Positions 38,688-51,064 of a stretch of DNA of 64,000 bases are shown here, in pieces (within the stretch, counting starts at the first letter, position 1; each line of letters starts with the position of its first letter). The position numbers and the translations under genes were made by a program. A model generated the notes under the pieces. That model ran no database searches. It saw only the letters and a program-made list of their open reading frames with translations, and had not been told where the DNA came from. Source of the stretch: Octopus bimaculoides (Eukaryota); the NCBI RefSeq assembly GCF_001194135.2, contig NC_069001.1, positions 18,899,401 through 18,963,400 of the forward strand, read 5' to 3'.

Positions 38688-39004
38688 CAGTGGTTCTCAA
38701 CCATTTTTTACCCCTGGACCCCTTTCATTATTATTTTATTCTGGTGGGCCCCCATAGTCATTTGATGTTTCATAGTTTCATAGATACTTCTTTCAAAATT
38801 CCTATTTCATTTATTTATTCATTCACTTGTGGAGTTTGAATTATATATAATGTTAGAGAAAGAAACCAAGCTGTTTCTTTCAATAAATGCATCTAAAGCA
38901 AAATATTTTCATGGATCCTTAAAATACTGTTGTGGATCACTAATTTACTATTTTGCTTGTGTGGACCCCTAAAAATATTATATGGATCCTGGTTCAGAAT
39001 CTTG
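38688..39004. mobile_element. hAT MITE, older copy
   Basis: Left TIR CAGTGGTTCTCAAC, degenerate right TIR; imperfect duplication GTCTACTC/GTCTGCTT. Confidence 0.6.
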
Positions 39005-39599
39005 GTCTGCTTCAAATACAGTACCCCAGATAGCCTACCCCAGACTACATGGACTACATTAGCCAGTGTCTCACATTTTAAAAAAGTAGTGTGATTCACT
39101 GCTGGTTTAGCTGCTGTTTTTAATAAATCAAACAACCACGTAATGGTTTCCTCTTTATTGTCAGCATTGTTCTTATTGTTGTGGTTAGTTCTTTGGCTGA
39201 TGGTGGTTGTTATTGTTGTTGTGGCAGTAAAGGCAGTGGTAGTCGTGGTGACCATGGTTTTGGTTGTGGTAGTATTGGTAGTAGTTAATTTTTTTTACTG
39301 CATGAGTGTATGCTTTTGGGATTACAGTACTCTGCTGTTCTGTTTCAGTGTATATAAAAAAAACACACACAGTATTCTCTGTCTATAAAAAGGTTATCTG
39401 GAGTCCACAGCTATTGTGAGAGAGCTCAGGAAATTGTGTAATTTTCTGCAGACTAACTGTACAGCTGCATTTCATATTAACTGCATCTTGACTGCATGCA
39501 TCTCTCAAATCACTCACATCAGATTGTTTTCTTCCTGCTTCTCTTTTGTTTTATGTGTTATCCTCTAGTACTGTTTGTTGCACTTAGATTATTCTGTTC

Positions 39600-40030
39600 C
39601 ACTAGTGTATTTCATTGCATCATACAACCACATATGCACACACCTGCACATTTACTCATACACATACTCGTGGGCACAAAAACACAACATACGGACACAC
39701 ATTCTTGCATCTACATACCTATATAATTGCATAAATACCTCTACACACTTGTATACTCTCACATGCACACATCAGTATATACTTGCATACAATTCCATGC
39801 TTAGAAACTTGCATCCAACACCTGAATGCACTTGTACACATTCACATGGTCACACATATGCAGTTTCATGAATCCACCTACATACTCCTATTCATACACG
39901 CCTGCACCTTTTCATGTACACACCTTTATACACCCAAATACATCGACTCACCTCATTCACTTATCACAAACTTGTATACACTCACAACACATTTATCTGT
40001 GCTTCAGCATATATATATATATATATATCT
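39600..40030. repeat. Degenerate CA-rich low-complexity tract (similar tract at 43080-43320)
   Basis: Composition; its ORFs are His/Thr-rich artefacts. Confidence 0.7.
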
Positions 40031-40037
40031 GTGTGTG

Positions 40038-40069
<32 letters not shown>

Positions 40070-40245
40070 GGTGCAGGCATGGCTGTGTGATAAGAAGCTT
40101 GCTTCACAACTACATGGTTCTGGTTTCAGTCCCACTGCATGGCACCTTGGGCAAGTGCCTTCTACTATATCCTTGGGTTGAACAAAGTCTTATGAGTGGA
40201 TTTGGTAGACAGAAAATGAAAGAAGCCCATTGTATGTATATATAT
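40070..40245 (+). mobile_element. Family A SINE 5' half
   Basis: GCAGGCATGGCTGTGTGATAAGAAGCTTGC head. Confidence 0.85.
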
Positions 40246-40505
40246 ATTGAAAGAAAAGAAAATGGAGAATTATGGATGTATAAATAATTTATTTGTATGA
40301 TATAAAGATGTTGAAATTTTTTTTATAAAAACAATACAAATAAATTATAAAACTCTAAAAGAAATGGCAGATGCCAAAAACCTACATATATGTTTCGATT
40401 CATACCCCTAAGTGATATGTAATTCTAAGCATTTGGTCATATGCTAAGAATTGGTATCATTTTCAACTATATGGGGCAGAATCTCACGAGCTTATATATT
40501 TATAT

Positions 40506-41709
40506 ATGAGATTGTAACGAAAGTTCTGTCCATATTTTTGAAGGATAACTATAAGAAATGGTTACACCGATCTAGCTTCTAAATTATATTAGTAACTATT
40601 TAAATCTCTAGAATATTATTTCTTCTTTCAGATGACTCAAATGTACACTCCAAGTAAAGAGCACATACAGCATGTTTTACTGTTTGAATTACAGAAGGGG
40701 AATACAGCAAGTTCAGCAGCACGATCACTCAAAAACACTTACGGAAATGATGTGTGAATGAAAGGACATGCAGAAGATGATTATCATATTTCAAAAAGGG
40801 TGACTTCTGTCTAAAAGAAGAAGCAAGAGAAGGATGCCCCAAAGGACTCAATTCTGAGGAATTGCAAGTTGCTCTTAATGAAAATCCAACCATTACAACT
40901 AGGGAACTGAGCAAGGAATTTAATGTGAGCCATATGACCATCTTTCATGAAATAACAAGGCTGGAAGATGGGTTCCACATGATCTGTCAGAAAACAATTA
41001 TAAACAACATGTGGACTGCTGTGTTTCATTGTATTCTTGTGAACTTTTTTAGACAGAATCATTACTAGAGATGAGAAGTGGATTCTCTACAACAATGTTA
41101 AGTGCAAAAGACAGTGGCTTGACTGTAATTCAAGGCCTATCCAACAGCCTTGAAGTGGTTTGCATCCAAAGAAGATTCTTTTGAGTGTATGGTGGGACAT
41201 GAGAGGAATTGTTTATTATGTGCTGTTAAATGACAATCAAACAATAACAGCTGAAGTTTACTGCCAGCAGCTAAGACGTTTGAAATCAGTCTTGCAGGAA
41301 AACGGCCTTCGCTGGTAAACACAAAAGGAGTGATCCTGCAGCATGATAATGCCAGACCCCACACGCAAGAGTGACTAAGAATCTCCTAGAAGAATTTGGT
41401 TGGGAAATTATGCTCCACCGACTATATTTTCCTGACCTTGCTCCAACAGATTACCGTCTTTTTAGAAACTTACAAAATCATTTTGCAGGACTTTAGCTTA
41501 CTTCAAGAGAAGAGGTTGAAATGAAGCTAGTTTCTTTTTTTGAGTCAGAATCAAATGAATTGTATGAAAAGGGTATCAAAAAACTTAGGGAAAGATGGGA
41601 AAATGTCGTTAAAAAGAATGGTGACTGTTGATTGAATAAATCCAGTTTGGCTGCGCTTACATTTTTATTTCAATTAGAAAAATAGGCAGAACTTTCGTTA
41701 CAACCTGAT
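40506..41709 (+). mobile_element. Near full-length mariner with TIRs, pseudogenised
   Basis: TIR ...TTGTAACGAAAGTTCTG at both ends; ITRDEKWILYNN, QHDNARPH, FPDLAPTDYRLF. Confidence 0.9.
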
Positions 41710-41751
41710 TATATATCTATCTATCTATATATATATATATATATATATATA

Positions 41752-42142
41752 TTCTTTTATTCTTTTACTTGTTTCAGTCATTTGACTGCAGCCATGCTGG
41801 AGCACCGCCTTCAGTCGAGCAAATCAACCCCAGGACTTATTCTTTGTAAGCCTAGTACTTATTCTATCGGCCTCTTTTTACCGAACCGCCAAGTTACGGG
41901 GACCTAAACACATCAGGATCGGTTGTCAAGCGATGTTGGGGACAAACACAGATACACAACATATACACACATACATATATATATACATATATACGACGGG
42001 CTTATTTCAGTTTCCGTCTACCAAATCCACTCACAAGGCTTTGGTCGGCCCGAGGCTATAATAGAAGACACTTGCCCAAAGTGCCACGCAGTGGGACTGA
42101 ACCCGGAACCATGTGGCTGGTAAGCAAACTACTTACCACACA

Positions 42143-42146
<4 letters not shown>
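41752..42146 (-). mobile_element. Family A SINE, youngest copy (CpGs retained)
   Basis: Full length, bounded by (TA)n tracts. Confidence 0.9.
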
Positions 42147-42195
<49 letters not shown>

Positions 42196-42197
42196 AT

Positions 42198-42822
42198 TCT
42201 TTTATTCTTTTACTTGTTTCAGTCATTTGACTGTGGCCATGCTGGAGCACCACCTTAAAGGAATTTGGTTGAAGAAATTGATCCCAGGACTTATTCTTTG
42301 TAAATCTAGTACTTATTTTATCAGTCTCTTTTGCTGAACCACTAAATTACAGGGGACATAAACACATCTGCATTGGTTGTCAAGTGATGGTGGGGGGACA
42401 AGCACAGACACAAAGACACATGCATAAATAATAACATATGTATATATATGACAGGCTTCTTTCAGTTTCCATCTACCAAATCCATTCACAAGGCTTTAGT
42501 TAGCCTGAAGCTATAATAGAAGACACTGGTCCAAAGTGCCACAGTGAGACTGAACCTGGAACCATGTGGTTGGGAAGCAAGCTTCTTACCACACAGCCAT
42601 GCCTATATCTAAGTGTATGTGTCCTTGTGTCTGTGTTTGTCTCCCACCACTTCTTGACAACCAGTGCTGGTATGTTTACATCCCTGTTATTTAGTGGTTC
42701 GGCAAAAGAGACCAACAGAATAAGTACCAGGCTTAAAATAATAGGTACTGCAGTTGATTCATTCAACTAAAAATTTCCCAAGGTGGTGCCCAATGGCTGA
42801 AACAAGTAGAAGATAAAAGATA
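42198..42822. mobile_element. Family A SINE (-, 42198-42603) followed by a 3' half in the opposite orientation (+, 42605-42822)
   Basis: Colinearity with the other copies. Confidence 0.85.
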
Positions 42823-43574
42823 TATGCACACATGCACATCACTGCCTATCTATCTCCCTCCACCCACCAGTCTTGATTCACCACCACTGAGGCACCCCCT
42901 TCCAACTCAGTTGTGTCCAACTCCTCCTCCATCCCTCTGGAATCTCCTTGTTTATCATGTCCTCCTTACAACATTGATGACATATCTATATCACTGGTCT
43001 TGGAGAGTCTACAAAGGTCATGGGCATTGGCACTTCCTCCAATCTTAAGAAGCTGTAACTGAAATATACACACTGTAGCCGCTTGACACACACTAGAATC
43101 ACTTTGGTTCACACGCACACACTAACCTACTTGCATATACATACACACTGTAGCCCACTTATAAACACTATAGCTTACTTATGTATACACACACACACAT
43201 ACACACACTGTAACCTTGTTCATATATATACATTACAGCCTACTTACGTACACACACTCATGTTCTATCCTACTTCTATATATATATATACACACATCTA
43301 CACACACACACTCTAGCCCTACTTATAATTAGACAGACAAACTTTCTCCATTTCCCATTTCACCCACCACATCCTGTGTAGTTTCAGATTTTGACACAAT
43401 CCTCTTAAGTCATTTTAGCTCTAATCCATAAATCCATGGATAATCCTCACTGGTTATATGTTGCTAGTATTTCTAACTCTCTCTAAAACCTCTCTCTCCC
43501 CCTCTCTCTCTCCCTCTATGTGTGTGTATACACACACATATATGAAGTATAAATGCATCTATACTTGCATGCAT

Positions 43575-43960
43575 GGAAGATAGACGTTAAACGATGATGA
43601 TGATTTTAGATATATATATATTGCATGATGAACCACTTTTGGTAATGAAAGGTTTCTCTTTCAGAGTGAAAGGTAGACATATGATGGCTATGTGTGGACT
43701 ACAGCGTTACATGGTGGTGTACAGATGATGTATGAAGACTAGAAAGTAATAAAGCTAGCATGGTCTGCTGGACGTGCAATTTAAATGTGCATGAACAACA
43801 GTATAGATGTGTTGAGAGATGTAGTATCAAAGAACGAAAACTGCATTGGTATGGACATGTGATGCTTATGGAAGAGGATAGGTTTGTGCAGAAGTACTAA
43901 ATGTTTACAGAAGATGGAACTTGTGGAAGGGGTAGGATGAGATGATGAAGGCTGATCTCA
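43575..43960 (+). mobile_element. RTE LINE fragments
   Basis: RTE tail AGACGTTAAAC(GAT)n and LHWYGHVMLMEED C-terminal motif. Confidence 0.65.
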
Positions 43961-44058
43961 GGGGGCGATTAGCAATACTCAGTACTTGAGAAATCCACTA
44001 AGAGATGCTAGCATGGCATGACTGAAGTTCTGTGAGCATATGTATTACACACTATATA

Positions 44059-45322
44059 CAGGATGTTAGAGCTAAATTTTGCAGTTTTTTTTTTTTAGCT
44101 AAATTTTGCAGTTTTTATTTTTAGCTAAATTTTGCAGTTTTTTTTTTTTAGCTAAATTTTGCAGTTTTTTTTTTTAGCTAAATTTTGCAGTTTTTTTTTT
44201 TAGCTAAATTTTGCAGNNNNNNNNNNNNNNNNNNNNNNNNNNNNNNNNNNNNNNNNNNNNNNNNNNNNNNNNNNNNNNNNNNNNNNNNNNNNNNNNNNNN
44301 NNNNNNNNNNNNNNNNNNNNNNNNNNNNNNNNNNNNNNNNNNNNNNNNNNNNNNNNNNNNNNNNNNNNNNNNNNNNNNNNNNNNNNNNNNNNNNNNNNNN
44401 NNNNNNNNNNNNNNNNNNNNNNNNNNNNNNNNNNNNNNNNNNNNNNNNNNNNNNNNNNNNNNNNNNNNNNNNNNNNNNNNNNNNNNNNNNNNNNNNNNNN
44501 NNNNNNNNNNNNNNNNNNNNNNNNNNNNNNNNNNNNNNNNNNNNNNNNNNNNNNNNNNNNNNNNNNNNNNNNNNNNNNNNNNNNNNNNNNNNNNNNNNNN
44601 NNNNNNNNNNNTTTTTTTTTTTTTTAGCTAAATTTTGCAGTTTTTTTTTTTAGCTAAATTTTGCAGTATTTTAAAATGTTGACGATATTGGCAAGATTAT
44701 GGCTGGGAGATAAAAGTAGCTGCTCTCAGGACTTGGTGCATACGTCCTTCACTGTATCCCTAGGAAAATCTTTGAACACTTCCTTGATCTTGGCCACAAA
44801 AGCAGTTGGTGTCTTTCTCAATGGCACCCCACACATAGTAATCCATAGCATTACAATTGAGAGAATTAGAAGGCCAAAAATTGGGGCTAGTGAAGTCATA
44901 GAAATTCTCCAACAACACTTCTAACTCTTTCTAGAGATATGGCAAGGAACTGAATCCTGCTGCCACACATATGGTTTTTTAGCAGCAACCAACCAGAGAT
45001 TGACCACAGTCTTCAGCATTGTCACATTACCATTTGAATTGAGCCTTAAGCCCTGTCCAAAGATGTGAGGATGAATTCTGACATGTAGATGTAGACAGAA
45101 TGTCTGCTGTGTCACATCTTATAGCCTTTACAGTGTTCACAGAGCATTGAGCAGCAGTCATGATGTCAGTGTTTCGATACCCAGTGTGAATCATCATGAT
45201 ACAGGTAACTCTCTTCCAATATTCAGATGGTCTCCAGTCGTTTATGTCAGCTAACTTTTTCTCAACTACAACTTTAATCTTTATGCTTTCTAATACTGTT
45301 AACTGTTCACCTTATCACCCTG
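44059..45322 (-). mobile_element. Tc1/mariner-superfamily (DD37D/maT-like) element with TA duplication
   Basis: Ends TA-CAGGATG / CACCCTG-TA; PHIFGQGLRLNS...PYVWQQDSVPCHISRKS. Confidence 0.8.
44070..44667. repeat. Tandem array of an about 27-bp unit, AGCTAAATTTTGCAG(T)n, spanning a gap
   Basis: 6 copies before and 2 after the N-gap. Confidence 0.85.
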
Positions 45323-45619
45323 TATACATACTATATGCACACAAGTAGTTCTGCCTTCCAACCAATTTCCCTGTCATGTTTACAACTGCTACTGTCTCTC
45401 CTTCCCCCCACACAAACAACTGGTTCCCCTCCTCCAGCCACATCTTATTGACATCCATCCCTTATTCTTGCCATCATCATCGTTCTACCCATATTTACCA
45501 TAGATCACTTTTCCCTTGTTTATATCTATCTCTTGCTCTCCCCCCACATTCTTCCACTGAAAGTGAATGACTACAGAATCTACGGGTATAATGTGAGTTT
45601 TTGTTGGACTTAAGGTAGG

Positions 45620-46900
45620 GGCAGAATGTTTTTGAACTTAAGTCAAAAGTTAGGTAGAATAAGTTTACCACAGTAGTGCCCTTTTCAAAAGAGATACATT
45701 AGAATTTTTGAAAAATATCTATTGTTTCTTCCTTCGTCTTTTGGAGGACAAAGAAGAATGATTACTCACAATAAGGAGAGCATTGTCTTGATACAGACTT
45801 CGCCCAACAAAAGGGAAGAACTTATGGAATTTGTGTAGGAGGTATAAACCTATGAGGTTGTAACTTGGGCAGAGTCAGATGAGCCCATAGTGATATCATA
45901 TTCATTGTCCTGGGCAGGTCAGGATCATAATTCACCTTGGAAGCTGATAAAAGTACATCTAGCTGTAAAGATAATATTACTTTCATTGTTTCAGATTTTG
46001 GCAAATTTCTGTGTGAAGATAAGCACCTTATTGAGTAGGATAAGAGAAATAGATGAATAATAATTGGTTTTCTGTTAAACTGGAGGAAGGAAATATCATT
46101 TTTGTTATTAAGTTTGCTGAACCAAGTTATAACTCCACTGGAGTTATTCCATCGGCTTAGGTGGTTGCGATGTTTAACAATGGAAATTATTCCATCTAAT
46201 ATGGCTTTACTTACCCTATCTAGATCAGATTTAAAGGATCAGATGAATCTAACTGAGGGTTTAAGCAAAAAGTTTGGTTTGGAGTCTGTAAGTGTAATAT
46301 GTGAGTTCCTAGGCTGGTTTCATATGATCTTCTAAATTTAACCCTTTTATCATTCATATTTCTCTGTCAAATGGAAAGCTGATTTATTCACATTGTTTTA
46401 AATTAATCATTCATTATCTTGTAGCATTGAGAGTTCAGTAATGTGATTGTTATTTTTAGAATGACATTATAGGATAGGTGTAAGAGATCAGATCTGGCTG
46501 ATTTGAACATAAAACCGAATATTTGGGCCAAATATGGCTGGTTTAAATGCTAAAGGGTTAAGGTAGAAATTAGGGTATCAGTCCTAGTATTAATATCACC
46601 AGTCTTTTTATAGTTCTTATTGAACTCTTTTCTAATGAATTTCAGATATGTGCTAAGTTGCAAGTAATAGATATTTCCAGTTTTGTTCACAGTTATCTGT
46701 AGTTTATCCGATTTTTGAATCTGGTTGATGATATCTCATAAAATTTCTGTTGAAATGGATTGTGACTGTTACAGAATTTTACATTCCTGATCATATTTAG
46801 GATGTCTTTCTCAAACTGGTCAAGTAGATGGTTCTGTGGAGGAGATATATAAGTTCAGAAGTTACTGTGGTAGAGATCATATTTGGTTGCCAGGATTTCC
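45620..46900 (-). mobile_element. Penelope-like reverse transcriptase pseudogene interrupted by a piggyBac MITE
   Basis: FEKDILNMIRNVKF...NKTGNIY (46860-46570); ITLTDSKPNF...RWNNSSGVITWF...FLQF; YDITMGSSDSAQV...GLYLL...LYQDNAL (degenerate LYRDD at 45779-45796). Confidence 0.8.
46342..46557. mobile_element. piggyBac-type MITE
   Basis: TTAA-CCCTTT...AAAGGG-TTAA (TTAA at 46338-46341 and 46558-46561). Confidence 0.85.
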
Positions 46901-47049
46901 TTCTCCTTATCATAGTATTCTAGCAATAATAGTGTTGGTCTTTAGGTACATCTTCATGTACTTAATTCAAGGTACATCTTCATGTTTAGGTATGTTTTTT
47001 TAAAGGTATGCCGATGTACTACTTTTCCCAGTTTAAACTTTACTGGATG

Positions 47050-48070
47050 TGCTTAATGCTTACCCAAGAGAAGTGTGGTGATTTTGTGTTATGCTAAGAA
47101 GAGGTGCACAATACAGGAATTCTTGAACCGAGTCAAGTACAACAAACTACTCCAAATCATTTTTGAGTATCTGCATAAGTGGAGTCAAGACCAGCAAGTT
47201 CGTACTGAGTGAATTGATCCACTAATCAGGCAATACTTGGACAAATTACATACTATTTTTTAAAATAGTGAATCTCCAAGTGAAGCACCTGACGCAAAGA
47301 ACAGTCCCAATGTTGAAATACCATGTGGAAATCCCAATGAGGAAAGCAACTCCAAGGTAACCATTAATGAGGATATTCTTATTCATGGGGGTGAAAAAGT
47401 TTGAAAAGTAAAAGAAAAGTTCCTAAGAAAAGCAGCCCCAACACCACCTCTCAAAGCACTGGAGAGAAAAAAGGAACCAACTGAAAGACCGATGAAACAC
47501 AAATATAAAAAACAGCAGAAAGAAACCACAAAAGAAACAAGGAAACAGTGCCTGAAGTGTGTATCATCTGTAAATTTTACATAAAAGATATGGAGATATT
47601 GAGACAAAGTAGACTTTGTGCATCCAAAGCTCAGGCAGAATGGAACCCATGACAAAAACCACTCTCCACTTAGCCAACAAAATAGAATAAAACCACACCA
47701 AGAGGGACTCATATCCTAATGCAGACCTGCAGTAAAGAAGACCGCTAAAAAATGGTGTGCAATGCAAACTGCAACAATAGAACAGCAAAATTTTTTTAAT
47801 GTGGCACAAAAAATAGTGCAGCAGTTGGCATGGTTCCAAATAAAACTAAGCCATGCACACCCACACATAAGACCACTACAAATAGACCCAGGATAACCAC
47901 CCTTACCACTAAGCTGACCATCACACCAATTCTATTAATAAATTTCAGAAGCCTCCTACAAAGCAACAGCAAATGCAAAATTGCATACCTGAAGAAGCTT
48001 TCTGCATATCAAGCAATATGTATTGGAATCTTTTCTGTTTGGCTAATTCCTTTAGTTTTGTTCCAGTCGA
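47050..48070 (+). mobile_element. Decayed CR1-like LINE ORF1/endonuclease junction
   Basis: Lys-rich ORF1-like stretch, then ILLINFRSL...ICIGIFSVWL resembling the APE N-terminus. Confidence 0.4.
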
Positions 48071-48199
48071 TTTCAAATTTGGTGTATTGATGTAGTTTTT
48101 TTGTGCTAATTATGGAAATGAAATTAATTTATGCCATAAATTAATAAATAAAAAGTTAATAGCTTTTCAACTTTTCAAATTTCAGCTAATTTTAGGAAA

Positions 48200-48900
48200 T
48201 CAAAAGCCACAGACACATTGGTGACTGCTACCCTAGTAACAAGCCAAAGTATAGTCTGCTTTGGGAAGGTTGTTGAGATAGATAAAACAGTCTTCTCAAG
48301 ATGTAAATACATCCGATGAAGAGTGCTACCTCAGTGGTGGCTTTTCAGAGGAGTGTGTTGCAAGATCAGTGTGTTGCTATGTCGGAATCACAATACACTA
48401 GAGGAATGCATATGTTTGGTGATTCTTCCAGGAACCACAAGTTTCAGTCTCCACAAGTCACTCTGAAATTTCTGAAATTGATTATAATTTTCAACATAGA
48501 ACAGTGAATCACAGCGTTGAGTTTATTACCTCAAAAGATGGTACCCATACACAACAAGTGGAAAGCACATAGGTGTCTGTAAAAAACAGCACTGTGGTAT
48601 CCGCCATTCTATGGCTAATTCGTATCTCTATGAGTTTATATGGTGCGGGAGATAGAAAAATTGTAATTTGTTTGACAAATTCCAAGAGTGCATCATAAAC
48701 TTTTCTGTTTGAACTTTTGCTACAAAATATGTATTGTTTACATGTACTGAACAGTTTTTTTTTATTTTTATCTTTTCTGTTTAGATGTAATTTTGTATAC
48801 TGATTATAGAAATGAAATTCATTTTTGCCATAAATTAATTCATCCTAATGTTTTATCTAATGTTATCATAGACAGCTATCATGCAGAAAATGCCAGCTTC
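48200..48900 (+). mobile_element. Merlin (IS1595/ISXO2-like) transposase remnant
   Basis: GKVVEIDKTVFSRCKY...ILPGT...HRTVNHSVEF...GTHTQQVES...YLYEFIW. Confidence 0.75.
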
Positions 48901-49244
48901 CAAATTTTGTTTTCTCTCACATACACACACACACTCACACATACATCTTCCATCTTATATATTATAGATGTATATATATACAATGGGCTTCTTTTAGTTT
49001 CCATCTACCAAATCCACTTGCCCATGGTCCCATGCAGTAGGACTGAACCCAGAACCATGTGGTTGGTAAGCAAGCTACTTACCACACAGCCACTCCTGTT
49101 ATTAACAGTTATTTTTTCAAAGCTATAATGGAAGTGACAAAGGAGCATATTCAGCCTATTTTATTTCATGAGTTCAATAAAGCAACAAAGTAATGGAAAG
49201 TGCAAGGAATATCAATGCAGTATATGCCATATTTCTGGTAAGGC

Positions 49245-51055
49245 ATGCAGGAGAAATACCTAGCCAAAGTTAAACCTCTGTACTTGGCTTTTGTTGATTT
49301 GGAGAAAGCTTTTGACAGAGCCCCCCCCCCCCCGATCCATTATCTGGTGGGCGATGCAGAAACTAGGGATAGACAAGTGGTTGGTGAGAGCTGTACGGAC
49401 CTTGTACAAGGACACTACCAGTAAGGTGATGGTGGGCAATGAGTACACCAAAGAATTCAGGGTACAAGTAGGGGTTCACCAAGGATGGTGCCCAGCCCCC
49501 TCTATGTTCATCATAGTCCTCCAGGCAATAACAGAGGAATTTAGGACAGGCTATCCCTGGGAGCTCCTTTATGTTAATGACCTTGCTCTTATAGCTAAAT
49601 CACTACCTTAACTAGAGAAGAAGTTCCAGATATGGAAGCAAGGTCTAGAATCAAAGGGCTTTAGAGTTAACCTAGTAAAAACCAAAGTCGTAGTAAGTAG
49701 GAAGGCAGACAAATCACAATCCCCTTCAAGTAGATGGTCCTGCTCAATCTGTAGAAAAGGCATAGGTAGAAACTCCATAAGATGCACCCAGTGTAAGCTT
49801 TGGTCACACAAAAGGTGCAACAATATGAGAGGAAGGTTAACAGAGAAACTAACTTTTGTATGTGGAAGGTGCGCAGGCATAATAAACACTGAACATGTGC
49901 AGAAAATAGGCTCCATCAGTTGCGAGGGGGACATGCTATAGGTAGTAGATAGCTTCTGGTATCTAGGCTACTAGGTTAGTAGTGGAGGTGCTTGTTCCAA
50001 GAGCGTGCCTGTGAAAATAGGTTTAGACTAGGCAAAGTTCAGAGAGCTCCTACCCTTGTTGGCAACAAAGGATCTCTCACTCTCTCTCTCTCTCTCTCTC
50101 TCAAATTGAAAGGCAGATTGTTTGATGCCTGTGTGTGAACAGCTATGCTACATGGCAGTGAAACATGGGCTATGACAGCCATGGACATGCGTAGGCTTAA
50201 GAGAAATGAAGCCAGTATGCTTTGCTGGATGTGCAATGTCAGTGTGCATGTTTGGCAGAGTGTAAGCATCTTGAGAGAAAAGTTAGGCATAAGAGGAATC
50301 AGATGTGGTTTGCAAAAGAGATGATTGTGCTGGTATGGTCATGTGATGCGTATGAACGAGGACAGTTGTATAAAAAAGTGCTAATCTCTAACTGTGGAGG
50401 GGATCTGTGGTAGAGGTAGAGCCAGGAAGACATGGGATGAGGCGGTGAAGCATGAACTTTGAACCTCACAGAGGCAATGACTAGAGACTGAGACCTTTGG
50501 TGATGTGCTCTGCTTAAGAGGACCCAACAAGCCAAGTGCAACTGTGCTGGTGGCATGTAAAAAAAAATCAACCTTTGAACATTGGGCCTCATGAAGGCAA
50601 AGTGGCTGAGTACCTTTCAAGTGTTAGGCCTGACAGACACAAGGTAACTGAGTTCCTTTCAAGCATTAGGCCTAATGGAAGCAAAATGCCTGAGTTCCTT
50701 TCAAGTGTTGGGCTTACAGAGGCAAGGTGGCTGAGTTCCTTTCAAATGGGCCTTACGGAGGTGAGATGGCTGAGTTCCTTTTGAGCGTTGGGCCTCATGG
50801 AGGCAATGACCAAGACCTTTGGCATTATGTCATGCTTGAGAAGACCCATCAAGCTGAGTCATGGCAGTTACCACTGGCACGTAAAAGCATCCATTACATT
50901 CTTTGAGTGGTTGGCATTAGGAAGGGCATCCAACTGTAGAAAACCATGCCAAATCAGACTGGATTCTGGCATAGCCTTCCAGCGTGCCAACCCAGTCAAA
51001 CTGTCCAACTCATGCCAGCATGGACAATGGATGTTAAATGATGATGATGATGATA
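49245..51055 (+). mobile_element. RTE-clade LINE, 5'-truncated and decayed, with 3' UTR and (GAT)n tail
   Basis: LAFVDLEKAFD...VGVHQG...LLYVNDLALI RT motifs, a CxxC-rich insert, and the RTE tail. Confidence 0.92.
50580..50820 (+). repeat. About 42-bp minisatellite (5-6 units) in the RTE 3' UTR
   Basis: Units resemble TTGGGCCTCATGGAGGCAAGGTGGCTGAGTTCCTTTCAAGTG. Confidence 0.8.
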
Positions 51056-51064
51056 GGAGATAAT

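Noticed and set aside
39143-39388. Hydrophobic or Thr-rich ORFs
   Set aside because: Translations of (GTT/GTG)n low-complexity DNA.
9115-42822. tRNA-like heads of SINEs as tRNA genes
   Set aside because: No complete cloverleaf; they continue into SINE bodies.
50580-50820. CRISPR-like regular repeats
   Set aside because: Contiguous tandem units with no unique spacers, in a eukaryotic LINE.
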